DNA of 64,000 nt from Lama guanicoe. Taxonomy: Eukaryota. Shown here one piece after another: positions 1 through 12,670 of this stretch (position 1 is the first letter of the stretch; every line of letters starts with the position of its first letter). Position numbers and translations under genes: made by a program. The notes beneath the pieces are model-generated. The model ran no database searches, had not been told where the DNA came from, and saw nothing but the letters and a program-made list of their open reading frames with translations. The stretch is taken from contig MU053881.1 in NCBI GenBank assembly GCA_013239625.1, positions 15,058,373-15,122,372 on the forward strand, read 5' to 3'.

Positions 1-739
1 AACAAGCATCTTTTGTGTGAGTGAGCCTGCAGCTAGGACCCCACTTCCCCTCAGCAAGCCCCTGGCCAAAGCAGCCACGCTCTGTCCATCCCAAAGGTTC
101 CTCTTGGTCATTAATGACCATCTCTACTAGGCAACGGGCTTTTTGTTGATCCCTCGAGATAGAAGAAAGGAGAATAAGCTTTTCTCTTTCTTTTCTCCTC
201 CTCGGTTGCAGAAAAGCAAAGTTGGAACAAACAAGTTATATAATGCCGGGGGTGGTCGGGGTGGGGGAAAGCAGTCCCTCCTAAGGACAGTTTTTTGAGT
301 TGTGGGACCGCTGGAAGGGCCAAGGGGAAGACAGGAACCGCCCCCACCCCTGGCCGAATGACAAAACCCTTCATGGGACAACAAGGCAGACACAGGCACC
401 ACCTGGAAGGCTGGAAACCCAGCCTCAAAGACAGGGCCAGCCTCCCCCCAGTCCTTGGCAGCCCCACAAGTCTCCCCAGGAAGGCAAGGGATGGACTTGA
501 TCACCATGAAGGGACTTCCTACTGGCCAGACTGAAAGTCCCAGAGAGCTTTTCCACACTCCATTCATCCAGTCCCCTCCCCTCCCTTCTTCCCACCCCCG
601 TAGCCATATTTCTTGAACATTTATTTCCTCTGGGCTGTCTGTGCTCCAGGCATACCAGACCAAGACTGCACAAGAAAGACACAATCTCTACTCTCAAGGC
701 ATTCCCACTAGTAAACACACCAAGTAGTGTTGGGTGGTA

Positions 740-1290
740 ATAGCTTGATCAAGGACACGAACAGACATTATGACCCAGCAATTCCGCTCCTGGTATACAT
801 CCCAAAGAACTGAACATAGGTGTTCAAAAACTGTACATGTCTGTTCATAGCAGCAGTATCCAAAATAGCCAAAAGATGGAACCAATTTAAATATCCTTCA
901 ACTGGTGAATGGATAAACAAAACATGGTACGTCCACCCAATGGAATATTAGGCAGCCATAAAAAGAAATGACTGATACATGCTACATTGCAGATGAATCT
1001 TGAAAACATAATAGGGAGTAAAAGAAGCCAGACACTGAGGGTCACATGTGGTATGATTCTATTTATAAAACAGGTAAATTTACAGAGGCAGAAAGTAGAT
1101 GAGTAGTTGTAGAGGAACTAGGGGAGAGGAAAATGGGGAGTGACTGCTCACAGGGACAGGATTTCCTCCTGGGGTGATGGAAATTTTTTGAAATAGACAG
1201 GTGATGGTTGCATAACATTCACCATGTTAAATACCACTGAATTGTACACTTTAAATGAGTGAGTTTTATGTTATATAACTTTTACCCCCC
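740..1290 (+). mobile_element. Ancient L1 (L1M-type) 3' fragment in KLHL26 intron 1
   Basis: Typical L1 3' motifs: atgacccagcaattccgctcctgg, ggataaacaaaacatggtac, aaagaagccagacac, ccactgaattgtacactttaa. Boundaries approximate. Confidence 0.8.
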
Positions 1291-1470
1291 AAAAAGCCAA
1301 TACAACAAGGTGACCAGAAAAAGTGTTCCTGGGGCTACTTGAGCTTGGGTGGTTGGGCAGGTGGCTCAAGAGGCCATGATCTTGGAGTGGAAGTACGAAG
1401 AAGAATGAGGCATAGGCAAGTTGTGCACTGGCCCTAGGTGGCTGGTTTGGAATAAATAAGGGAGTGAGGT

Positions 1471-1585
1471 GGGGGTGGGTATAGCTCTAATGGAAGAGTA
1501 CATGCTTGTATGCAGGAGGTCCTGTGTTCAATCCCCAGTACCTCCATGAAAACAAACAAACAAATGAACGAACGAATAAATGAAC
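1471..1585 (+). mobile_element. tRNA-Ala-derived SINE (camelid Vic-1-like)
   Basis: Head gggtatagctctaatggaagagtacatgcttgtatgcaggaggtcctgtgttcaatccccagtacctcc with A/B boxes, followed by an (aaac/aaat)n tail. Confidence 0.8.
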
Positions 1586-1846
1586 AATGCTATAAAGGCC
1601 TCTACATCTCAGAAGGATCCTTGGGAGAATCTTGTGTGCCATAATCTCCCTCAAAATTTGATCTTCCATGTTTGCTCCATCTCCCCATATGGGGGATTCT
1701 CGCCCTTCTCCCCGCACTAGCACTGCAGGGATAAGACACCCCCCCATCAGTTGCTCTAGACAACAGATTTGTCACTAGGATGGAGGGCAGGGGGTAAATG
1801 GGCATCTCAGAGGTGGGGGAGATGTCTTTTAAGAAAGTGCCTCCAT

Positions 1847-2111
1847 CGCAGACATAGTAAACAATCTTACGGTTACCAGGGGAAAGAAGGTGGGAAGGGA
1901 TAAATTTGGGAGTTTGAGATTTGCAAATGTTAACTACTATATATAAAAAAAATTTTCTTCTGTATAGCACAGGGAACTATATTCAATATCTTGTAATAAC
2001 CTTTAACAAAATAATATGAAAATGAATATATGTATATATATGCATGATGGACATTGTGCTGTATACCAGAAACTGACACATTGTAACTGACTAAACTTCA
2101 ATTAAAAGAAA
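1847..2111 (+). mobile_element. Younger 5'-truncated L1 3' end (artiodactyl/camelid type) with TSD
   Basis: Contains tgtatagcacagggaactatattcaatatcttgtaataacc and an A-rich tail; flanked by 13-bp direct repeat aaagtgcctccat at 1834-1846 and 2112-2124. Confidence 0.8.
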
Positions 2112-2124
2112 AAAGTGCCTCCAT

Positions 2125-3610
2125 TTAGAAAAGATTTCTTAGATATAACACTAAACGCATGATCCATAATGAGAAACAATGATAAAGTGGACCTCCTCAA
2201 AATGATAAACATTTGCCCTGGGAAAGATATCATAAAAAAAACAAACAGACAAGCCATCTGCTGGGAGACAATATTTGCAAATCATATATCCAATAAAGGA
2301 CTCATACCCAGAATACATAAAGAACACTTAAAAGTTAATAATAAGACAACCCAAATAAAAAATGGACCAAAGATTTGAAAAGATACTTTACCAAGATGAA
2401 TAGCCAGTGAGACCATGAAAAATGCCCAATATCATTAGTTATTAGGGAGATGCAAAATAAGATACCACCATATGCTTAGAGTGGCTAAAACTAAAGACTG
2501 TCCACATCAAGTGTTGGCAAGGATGGGGAGCAACTGGAACTCTCATACATTGCTGGGTGGAATGCAATCTGGTGCAGCCACTCTGGAAAACAGCATGGCA
2601 GATTCTTACAAAGTTAAACCTAAGTGCTTGCTTCAGTAGTATGTAATACCAAAACTGGAATGATACAGAGAAGATTAGAATGGCCCCCAGCACAAGGATG
2701 ACACACAAATTCTCAAAGCATTCCATATTTTTTCATCTAACCTCAAAAAGAGGAAGCCCTTTGACAAAGATATGCTGAACAATTATTCATATTTTCTGGG
2801 ATGGGGAGGCTCTACTTGTTAAGAAGCCCAATTCTTAAGGTGAAGGGTTACAGTACAGTGTGCTTCATTGATTTCCCCTGCTCCTCTTGCTGTTTTACTA
2901 CAACCCCTAATTTGTTTATCACTCTAGTATTTGTAGAAAGATGTTTTTGTATTTTGCCACATCATGATAATAATAGTGCCAGTTTGCAAGGCTGGTTTAT
3001 ATGTTTAAGTACAAGTAAATCAAAGATCCACTTACTTAAAAAAAAAAAAAAAGAAAGCTAAACCTATACCTACCATAGGACCCAGTCATTCCACTCCTAG
3101 GTATTTACCCAAGAGGGTGAAAGTATATGTCCACACAAAGACACATACCTAGATGTTCACAGCAACTTTATTTGTAATGGTCAAAATGGAAACAACCCAA
3201 ATGTCCATCAACCAGTAAATGGATAAACAAACTGCGCCCATCCATACGATGGAATACTAGGTAGCAGTGAAAAAGAATGAACTTCTGATACTTGTGATAA
3301 CACTGATGAACTCCAAAAAGACTCTGTTAAAGGAAAGAAGCCAGATACAAGAAACCACATATTATATGATTTCATTCTTATAAAATTTCTAGAAAGACAA
3401 AACTATAGAGAGCAAAAGCAGATCACAGTGTGCCTGGGGCCAGGGGTAGGAGAGAAACGGACTGAAATGGGCTTGAAGGACTCCATTGTGGGGATGGAAG
3501 CATTCTCAAAACCTGGATTGTATTCATGGGTACAAAACTCTATCAATGTGTAAAAATTCAATGAACTGTTCAGCCAAAGTGAGTGAATTGTATGCTATGT
3601 AATTATACCT
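2125..3610 (+). mobile_element. Ancient L1 ORF2 C-terminus/3'UTR fragment, interrupted by the U6 chimera at 2624-3052
   Basis: Translation WETIFANHISNKGLIPRIHKEH resembles the L1 ORF2 C-terminus. The L1 text reads continuously across the insertion (...cttacaaagttaaac|...tacctaccataggacccagtcattccactcctagg). Confidence 0.85.
2624..2733 (+). pseudogene. RNU6 (pseudogene): Full-length U6 snRNA retropseudogene (5' part of a chimeric retrocopy)
   Basis: gtgcttgcttcagtagtatgtaataccaaaactggaatgatacagagaagattagaatggcccccagcacaaggatgacacacaaattctcaaagcattccatatttttt aligns end-to-end with U6. The ACAGAGA box is intact, many changes are CpG transitions, and no PSE/TATA promoter is seen upstream (flank is L1). 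Confidence 0.93.
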
Positions 3611-4849
3611 TGCCTTTGCCCCTAGGTTATCCTTACCCAAGGCAGGGACCTAAAAGTTTGCTGTCCCCTCTTAATCTGTCCCTTACATGCCACCACATGC
3701 CTGTCACCAAGTCCCACCCACTCTACCCCCTGATCCTCTGATCTCTCCTTGCTCCCCACTACAGTCCTCCAAAGCCCAATTCGTGCATGCAGGCCATCAA
3801 GCTTTTCCAGCCTGTACCAGCCCAGGTCCCCACAACGAGAACTGACTCCCCAGCACACGAGTATTTACTGCTTCATCATTTATCACATTGGCTGAAATTA
3901 TCTGCTTCCCTAAACTCACCAGTGAGAAAAAGCCCAAATTTCTTCTTTGGCCAGCCAAGGGCGGCAGGATGTCCTGGAGGGCTGCGGGATGGGAGGGTCT
4001 GAACTACTCTGGCCTTATGTAATGGGAAGAGGGAGGGAGGTCTTGCACCCTAAGGCAGGTGTTCTTCCCCCCTGAGGACCCAGAACTTTGCATATAAACA
4101 CCTTCAATTGCTATGTCAATTCTGGGGTTCAAGAAACCAGTCTCCGGACTTGGCCAAAGGGGAAGGGGGCCTCTCTCTGATCAAAGGGGGTGAATTCTGC
4201 TTTGGTCTGAGGGCAAGACCTTACTTCAAGTACTTTAGCCTGGGGTCTTTTTTTAAAGACCTTTGGGGCTCTTTCACTATCTTCAGGCTCCCTAAGACCC
4301 ACTCCAGCCCCTCAGGACCCCTGGGACCCCCAGATTCCTCCCTGCCCATCAGGACTCACTGGGACCTCCAGGGCCCAGCAGCTTCCTCTTAGGTTCTCCC
4401 AGATCCCTTAGGCCTCTTTCAGTCCCTCAGGTTTACTTGAGCCTCCTATTCCCAACCTTCCACAGTCCTCATCCCTCCCAGGTCCCCTCAGCAAGTCCTC
4501 AGGACCACCTTTAAAAACCTCAGGGCCCTTCAGCACCCTCCAGTGAGCCCTGGGCCTCAACCCCTCCACGTTCTCCTCAGTCCCCTTCTCAGAGTCCCCA
4601 AGACAGCTTCAACAATCTCAAGACAGTCTATGGGCCCTGCTCAGTACCTCCCTGTCTCCCAGACCCCTTGGCATTCCCAGTTCACCCATGGTCACATTAC
4701 AGTCAGGAGCCCCTGGGTTTCCCTTCAGATCTCAATGCGCTTTCAGGCCCTTACGGCTGCATGCAGACGCCTGGAGGTCCTGGGGCCCCCAGCCTGCCCT
4801 TAGATGCCCCTTGAGCTGCTCTCAGTCCCTCCAGTACTCCATGGCCTCC

Positions 4850-5560
4850 TAAAGCCCGCAGCCCGGGTAAAGATCCTCAAGCCGGCACACGCGGCTCCCC
4901 AGTCCATCAAGACCTCCAGGACTCCCCATAGGTCACCCTGGTCCCGGGGCAGGTCCGGGCCCACCGTGCGGGCTGGGTCTCACCTGCTCGGGCGCTCGGG
5001 GCCCGGGCCCGCGCCGAAGCCGCCGCCACCAGCGCCGCCGCCGCCGCCGGACTCCGCCATCTTCCCGCCGCTGCCACCGCGCGTGCTAGTGACGGGAACC
5101 GCGCGCGCCGGCCCGGGAGACTAAGACGCGGGAGGTAGGGCGGGGCCTGCTCTGCGAAGGGGCAGGGCCCTAGGCGAGGGGCGATGCCAGGAAGGAGGGT
5201 GCGCGTCCTGGCCGGGGAGGGGGCGGGGTCTACGGATGAGCGGAGGCAGGCAAAGGCAGGAGCCAGTTCAGCTAGGGGGAGAGGAGCAGAGTCTGGGACG
5301 AAGCGCGGGCGTGGATTTGAGGAGGGACGGGAGTTTGGCCCAACAGGGACTAGGGGCGGGGAGCATGGTCTACGGAGGGGCGTGGCGTGGGTAATGGGCG
5401 GGACCTTCTCGAGGGGCGGGGCAACTGCGAACTGTGCGTGGTGGGGGCGTGGCCTGTGGGGAGTAACGAGGCGAAGGTGGGACGCGGGAGAAGTGGGTGG
5501 AGTGGGACGGGTTAGGGAGCTAGGAGTAGGGGCACGCCAGATGGAGCCGGGTCTGCTCTG
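4850..5560 (-). promoter_or_regulatory. KLHL26 CpG-island promoter with multiple GC boxes
   Basis: CpG-dense sequence with repeated gggcgg/ggggcggg Sp/KLF motifs at about 5138-5450, upstream of exon 1. Confidence 0.75.
4984..5060 (-). CDS. KLHL26: Kelch-like protein 26, coding exon 1 (rest of gene lies left of the window)
   Basis: ATG at 5060-5058 gives MAESGGGGGAGGGGFGAGPGPERPS, followed by a CAG|GTGAGA donor. Matches the remembered KLHL26 N-terminus, lies in a CpG island, and has the expected synteny next to TMEM59L. Confidence 0.88.
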
Positions 5561-7839
5561 GAAAGGGGGAGGGGCTTGACTGAGAGGAGGAGCACGGGGA
5601 AATTGGTCCAAGAGCTCTGAGAATCACCCCTCCTTCCTTCCAGGGTCACTCCCTCGCCAAGACCTCCCTCAGACTCAGGAACTCACCTAGCACCCAGGCC
5701 TCAGACTTCCAAGCCATCTTTGAGTCCCAATTTTCCCCTTTCTTCCCAGGACCTCCTTCCTCACACTCAAGAACCTCCACCCTCAGATTCCAATCGTCTG
5801 CGCTCAGATCCCCAAACCTCCTGCTGAACCCTCAATTCTGGTTACCATACCTGGAAACCCCTGCCCTCAAGTTATCTCCCCCATCCTCTATTCAAATCCC
5901 AACTCTCCTCCCCCAAATCCTTGCCCACAGACCCTTCAAACCCACACTTACACCCCCAAAGTCAATTAAACCAGACCCAACTCCTTGGGCTACCCCAGCT
6001 CCAGAGCCCCTAACACTGCAGTCTTCAGCCAGAGTTCAAAGTCCTACATCTGTTTCCTTCCCTTTTCTCTTTGTTTTTCTTTCTTTTTGCCTTCTTTTCC
6101 TCTCCTTCCCTCTGGACCCCATGGAGCCCAGGGTCAATAAGCTCTCTGTAAAGTTTCCAGAGCCTTTGAGGTCACTCATCATTCCTCCAACCCACTGAAA
6201 GCCTAGCAACTTCATCCTTCATTCCAGGATTTTCTCTCCAGCCTTGAACCCATTTATTCTATCAACTTCTGAGTTTTCGAAAATCTTCCCTGGTGTAGCT
6301 TCAGGCAGGGTCCAGGGGTCCCAGTGGGGTTCAGAGGCTTCCTACAGTCAGCGCAGGGAAAGGAGGCAGACATGGGCTGGAGACCCCAGAGGAGGAAGGA
6401 AGGGGCCTACCTGGGTGGGCTCCTTCAGGTAGAACCAGACTCAACCGATCCATCCCTCCAGGAGAGGGTCAGGTACACAGCAGGTACTCAATCATTTGTG
6501 TAAAACACTCAGAAGTTGACACTGCAAGTTGATAGATACCAGGTGCTGAAGGGCCCTGTGACCCCTCCAGCACACAATATACCCTCAATAAATATTGAGT
6601 GTGTGAGTGCCTAAACAGCTCACATTCCAGCTAGCTCTGCACATACCCCCTCACCCGCCTGTGGTCTGCCTGCTACTTGAGCCTTTGTTCCAGATGAGCT
6701 ACACGCAGGCATCAAACCCTTCTCAGCAGAGACCTACAGCTCACAAGCCCAACACACAAACAGCTGCAGTCAATGGTATCCATATGCACGCACACTTCAT
6801 AAACACTCAGATTTGACCCACGTGTCAGACACACAGTTGAAGATAAGCAAGAAGAGATTCCCTGGGTCCCTGGCTGTGCACTCACGTGTAGCACACTGCA
6901 GATGCATGGTCTGTGGATGTACTAAGTACTTCTTCAAGATTACGTGGCACAGGACAGCCAATGAAAAGGCTCTGAGGTAGGATCATGTCTAGAGTGTTGC
7001 CTGGTGGGGGAAAATGAGGGAAAAGGAGAGGGGAAGAGAAGATGGGATTGGCAGCAATGAGGGGTGCTCTAGGTCATGGAAGCCCTTGTGGATCACTGTG
7101 GAGACATTTCTTCTGTGTGAAATGAGGAAAGAGAGGGGGCTTGTGAGAAGAGGGAATGTAACCAACACCGACAGTTGGAGCGATATCTTGAATTAGGGAC
7201 ATTACTTAGGAGGCAAGATTTCCTGGCCAAAAGATGGTGCTCATCCCAGGGTGGTGGCCATGGAGGAATGGGAGGTGATCCCAGCTAGGATGTACTTTGC
7301 AGGTGGAGCCAACAGGAGATACGACAGTTGGGATGTGGGGGTGAGGCCAAGCGAGGCCAGGGATCTCTCCCAGGGTTCCTGGCCTGAGCCTGATTCAAAT
7401 GCAGCACGGACAGTTGAGGACATCACGGACCCACCAAGGTTACTGCACACCCTCACCCAACAATGACCTGTGGTCGGACAGAGCCCACAGGAAGGGACAT
7501 GGCAGGCAGTGTCCACAGGTCTGGCCGCCATCTGGCCCACAGCTGGCACGGCTCTCCCAGAGGCAAAGGCTTCACCACCTGCTCTCCCTCTCTGGACCAG
7601 CTGTGGAAATCAGGGCCCCAGGTCAGAGTCTCGAGGCCTCCTTATAACCCCCAGGTGTTACAGAGGAGGAAATTGATGTCTAGGGGTTAGGAGATCCCTT
7701 GCTTTCCTACAGCCTCATGGTATCAGCACAAGATGCTGACACTTCCAGCGCCTCCTCTGCCTCTCTATAAGCTGGACTGGTCAGCCTCCAATAAATGCTC
7801 ACTATCTTTGCATTTATCCTTAGTTCTGCATCCACTTCT

Positions 7840-8070
7840 TTTTTTTATTTTTTCTGTATATATATATATATATATATAAATTTTTTGAAGTATAGTTAGT
7901 TTATAATGTTATGTCAATTTCTGGCGTACAGCATAGTGCTTAAGTCATATGTGAACATATGTATATATATATTCATTTTCATATTCTTTGTCACCATAAG
8001 TTACTAGAAGATATCAAATATAGTTCTCTGCACTATACAGCATGAACTTGTTATAGCATAAACTTGTTGT
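7840..8070 (-). mobile_element. Short L1 3' end with (TA)n, flanked by a catccactt duplication
   Basis: T-rich tail, then ttatgtcaatttctggcgtacagcatagtg...atatagttctctgcactatacag, the reverse complement of the 1847-2111 family. Confidence 0.7.
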
Positions 8071-8324
8071 TCATCCACTTAAAAGCCTCAAGGCCTTGAA
8101 TGGATTGCTCCAGATTTACACAAGAGTTTTCCCATCTTTAAAATGTCCTTGTGGAGCAGAGCAGAGACTGGGAGAAAATAAACAATCAATGACCCTCAGG
8201 GCGACTCAGGTAATAAGCCCTAGCTCCATGCCAGCTGTCAGCATTTTCCCTCTCCCACGCCCACACTTTGTCCCCCAGCCCCAGTTGATTTTTCTATTTA
8301 CCAAACTCTGTATTTTAGATTTCC

Positions 8325-8920
8325 CTTTTTTAAAAAATTGAGATGTAGTTCACTATTTTAAAGTGTACAAGTCAATGGCATTTAGTGCATTCATGTCTAA
8401 TGCATTTAGTGCATTGCTAATATCATGCAATCAGCACATCTATCTAGTTCCAAAACATTTCCATCACCCCAAAAGGAGGCCCCGTCCCCATGAGCAGTCA
8501 CTCCCATTCCCCCTCCCCCAGCCCCTGGCAACCGCTAATCTGCTTTCTGTCCCTATGGATTTACCTGTTCTGAACATTTCATATAAATGGAATCATATAT
8601 GTCCTTCTGGGTCTAGTGCACTTTACTCAGCATGAAGTTTTTGAGGTTCATTCCCATGGTAGCATGTGTCAGGGCTTCATTTCTTTTTATGACTGAGTAG
8701 TATTCCATCATATGGATGGATCACATTTTCTTTATTCACTCATCCATTGATGGACATTTGGGTTGTCCCTCTTTTGGCAGCTGTGATTAGTGCTGCTGTG
8801 AACGTGCATGTACAAGTATCTCTCAGAATCCCCATTTCCACTGTTTTGGGGCACATACCTAGGTACAGAATTGCTGGATCCCAGGTTAGCTCTATAAAGA
8901 ACTTTTTAAGAAACTGTCAT
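8325..8920 (-). mobile_element. Ancient L1 (L1MB-like) 3' fragment
   Basis: Contains ccagcccctggcaaccgctaatctgctttctgtccctatggatttacctgttctgaacatttcatataaatggaatcat. Confidence 0.85.
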
Positions 8921-9839
8921 GCATTTTCTTTTCTTGCTTATCACCTGTTTTCCTCCTGGCCACTCCACAGAGCCCTGGGCAGCACCCAGCACATTAGGTA
9001 AATATACATTCTGTGAACAAATCCATGTGACTCTTGGCTGTACAATAACTCCTAGGTTCTCTTGGATCTCAATTTCCATATCTGTGAAATGGGAATGAAC
9101 TCAATCCTTCCCTTGGTATGAATTAGTCCCCCTTCCTCCAAAAAGGCTCTGAGCCTGATACTCAGATGTCCACAGTATATGCGCCATGGGCTGCTAACTG
9201 TCCCCAAGAAAAGAATCACCAATTTCTAACTCCCACTGCTGCCTCCAAAGATGCTCAATGATTGGGACCTGGATGGCTAAGAAGTTCAAGGGCAGAGAGA
9301 GGGAGGGGCTCCTCCAGTCACATGGCAAGGGCTTTGGGCTCTGCGCCCTTAGGGAGTAGGCTGTCTGAGAGGCTGAGTCAGAGGGAGCTCTTGGGACCCC
9401 CCACGTCAGTTGAGTGGTGCAAGCAAACACCAGTCCACAGCCAGGCAGGGCCAGGACTACTGCCGAGAGGTGAGCCAACACCAGAGGCTCTCATGCAGAG
9501 TGGCAAAGCAGGCCTCAGTGACTGATCCCCAGTAGGAGTGGGCTCCGGGCAAGGGGAGGAGTCCCAGCTCCCCTATTGTTACTATTAATAATATAATGCC
9601 CATCATGGACCCAGTGTTGTTGCAGCAGTTTCTCCCAGAAGCTTCTTCCTGTGAGCCAGAGGTCCTGGTAGCTCCCCAGACCCAAGGTCACATTTGAGTG
9701 TCTGGCAGAGCCCAGCCTCAAGCCAGATCCAAATTTCATCTCATTCCAAATCCATACTCTTCACCACTGACTCATCCCCTCTCAGCCTCAGTTTTCTCAT
9801 CTTTAAAATTGGCATACACCCAAGAGGATTGAAATCGGG

Positions 9840-10335
9840 TGTGTAAACAAATACACATGCACACATGTTCACAGCAGCGTTAGTCACAATCGCCAAAAGG
9901 AGGAAACAGCCCAAGTGATGAAAGAATAAACAAAATGTGGTCCATCCTCACAATGGACTATTACTCAGCCATAAGAAGGAATGAAGCTCTGACACACACT
10001 ACAACATGAATGAACCTAGAAAATATGCTGAGTGAAAGAAGCCAGACACAAAAGGTCACCTTTTGTATGATTCCATTTATATGAGATGTCCAGAACAGGC
10101 AAATCCATAGAGACAGAAAGTAGATTAGTGGTTGCCAGGGGCAGGGAGAGGAGGGGTGGGGAGTGGCTGCTAATGGGAACAGGGTTTCTTTTGGGGGATG
10201 ATGGAAATGTTCTGGAATTAGACAGAGGTGATGGTTGCACAACATTGTGAATGTACTAAATGCCACTGAATTGTTCATTTTAAAATGGTTAATTTCACAT
10301 TATGTGAATTTCACCTCAATGAGGGGAAAAAAAAA
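9840..10335 (+). mobile_element. Ancient L1 (L1MB-like) 3' fragment
   Basis: Contains atgattccatttatatgagatgtccagaacaggcaaatccatagagacagaaagtagattagtggttgccagggg and ends in an A-run. Confidence 0.85.
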
Positions 10336-10780
10336 AGAGGGACATATAAACCACTTACCTCCAGGATTGTGAACAGGGCTCAGTGACAAATAAATATAAT
10401 TGCCCTTAATCTTGCTCTCTCCACATCACCCCAGCCAGCCATACCTCCAGGGTCAGGTCTGCCCTGGGTCCACCTTCTCTAATTTTACCTGCAGTCTAGA
10501 ATGTTACCTGCCAGGGTCACACTCCCCCTACCACCACCATAGCTACACTTTACCTAAGGTCCTACTGGGTACTTGGTGACCTTCAGACTTTGACCCTCAT
10601 CCACACAACAACCTTGTAAAGTGGGGAGCATGAGGCTCAGAGAGTGGAAGTGGCCTACCAAGGCTCAGGAACAGGAAATGGGACCCCCACTCTCTGACTC
10701 CCAGGCTTATGCCCTCTCCAGCCCCCCTTGCTGCCTCCCTTTCTCCTGTCTTGAATTCAAGCATTCAGAAAGCACTTACT

Positions 10781-10930
10781 GGGGGGGAGGGTATAGCTCA
10801 ATGGTAGAGTGAGTACTTAACATGCACAAGGTCCTGTATTCCATCCCCAGTACCTCCTTAAAACATAAATAAATAAACCTAATGACCCCCCCAAAATAAA
10901 TTAGAAACAAACAATCTAACAAAAAAAAAC
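10781..10930 (+). mobile_element. tRNA-Ala-derived SINE (Vic-1-like) with TSD
   Basis: ggggagggtatagctcaatggtagagtg...tccccagtacctcc plus A-rich tail; TSD aagcacttact at 10770-10780 and 10931-10941. Confidence 0.88.
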
Positions 10931-11055
10931 AAGCACTTACTGATTGCCTCCTGTGCACCAGAGCCTGTGATGGACATGGAGCACATGCTCCAAACAAGAC
11001 AAAAACAGTCCTACCCCCAGGTGAACAGTCTCACTGAAAAGATATTGAACACTCA

Positions 11056-11525
11056 GTGTACTGGGTTAAATCGTGTCCCCTGGCCAAAGACACGTCCACC
11101 TGGAGCCTCAAAAGATGACTTTTTTTGGAATGAGTCTTTGCAGATATAATTAACGTAAGGATCTCAAGATGAGATCATCCTCGATTGTGGTGGGTGGGCG
11201 GGGCTAAATTCAGTGACTGGTGTCCTCATAAGAAGAGGGAAATTCAGAGACAAGGCCATATGAAGACAGAGGCAGAGATTGGAGTGATGGAGCCACAAGC
11301 CAGGGGATGCCAGGGGCTATCCTAGTTGGTAAAAGGAAGACTTTAGAGTCTTCAGAGGACACACAGCTGCCAACACTTTTTGGTGGGGAGGAAGAGAATT
11401 TGGGTTGTCTGTTTGTTTGTTTGTTTGTTTTTAAATGGAGATACTCGGGATTGAACCTCATGCATGCTAAGTATGTGCTCTACCCTCCCCCAGCTGATAA
11501 CACTTTGATTTAAGACTTCTGGCAT
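11056..11525 (+). mobile_element. MaLR (MLT1-type) LTR fragment containing an antisense Vic-1-like SINE (about 11385-11490)
   Basis: MLT1-like text gtctttgcagatataattaa...gatgagatcatcct...gaggcagagattggagtgatggagccacaagccagggga. The SINE remnant atggagatactcgggattgaacc is flanked by cagctg..aacacttt repeats. Confidence 0.7.
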
Positions 11526-12224
11526 GGCAGACAGGATGGTCAGTGTCCTGCACACCCTCCCACATTCACATTCTTCACAACCACTGCAGGTCTCTTCCTC
11601 CAGGAAGTCTTCCTGGCTGCCCAGCAGAGCTCTCATGTCCCCTCTGCCCAGTCTGGCTGCCTTGCCTATGTCCAGTTTGGGGCCTCGCCAGGGTCCCACC
11701 ATCTCTCATCCAGCATCTATTGGCAGCACATCTGTTGGTGAACGAATGAATGAATGAATGAGATTTTTCTTGTGCTGGCTCTGCTCTGGCTTTCCTTAGT
11801 TGATTCCAGCCCTACAGCCTCTCTCAGGCCTCCCAGTGTCCCCACTGTTACCTCAGACCCCACCCCCACTGGCTCCTCCTACAGGAGGAAAGGAACCCCA
11901 CCCTGAGTTCCCTGTATGTGACTTGTTCTAGGGAAGGGCAGCAAGACCCAACATCGAAGACAGATGGGGTTGAGTTTGCACCTTCTCTGCAACTTTTTTT
12001 TTTTAGTGACCATTTACAGAGTGTTTTCAATGCCCAGAACTATGCATTGGATCGTTGTGTATCCTCACCACACACCAAATGGGTATTAATGTTCCCGTTT
12101 TAGAGATGATGAAGCAATGGGTCTTCCACTCAGCTGGTGGGAATGTCAATTGGTACAACCACTTGGGACAGCCATTTGGCAATATTTTGTGAAAGAGAAT
12201 GTGATTCCATCCTTGGTTATTTTA

Positions 12225-12670
12225 TGAGTGTCTTGGGGCTGCCATAACAAATGACTACAAACCAGATAGTTTAAAACAACAGAAATGTATTCTCTCACAG
12301 TTCAGGGGGCCAGAAGTTCAAAATCAAGATATTGGCGGGGTTGGTTCCTTTGAGGGGCTCTGTGGGAGAATCATGTCTCTGTCCCAGCTTCTGGTGTTGT
12401 CTGCAATTTTGGGTGCTCTCTGACTTGTGGCTACATCACTCCAATCTCTGCCTCCATCTTCACATGACCTTCTCATGTCTCTCTGTTTTCATTTCTGTCT
12501 CTTACCAAGACACTCTCATTGGATCTGTGGCCCACCCTAATCCAGTTTGATGTCACCTAGATTCTTAGCTAAATTACATGTGCAAAGACCCAATTTCCAA
12601 ATAAGATCACATTCTGAGGTTCCAGGTGAGCATGAATTGAAGGAGATAGGGACACCAATCAAACCACTAT
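12225..12670 (-). mobile_element. MaLR (MLT1-type) LTR
   Basis: ggctgccataacaaatgactacaaacc...tttaaaacaacagaaatgtattctctcacagttc...ccaaataagatcacattctgagg. Confidence 0.75.

Noticed and set aside
2624..2733. Functional U6 snRNA gene
   Set aside because: It has many substitutions, no upstream PSE/TATA, and retroposition hallmarks (poly(A), TSD).
8325..10335. Long inverted repeat or duplicated small ORFs (PLATxNLLSVxMDLPVL)
   Set aside because: Two independent, diverged L1MB-like 3' fragments in opposite orientation in intergenic DNA.
10781..10860. tRNA-Ala gene (also the other SINE heads)
   Set aside because: Degenerate stems, A-rich tails and TSDs identify these as SINEs.
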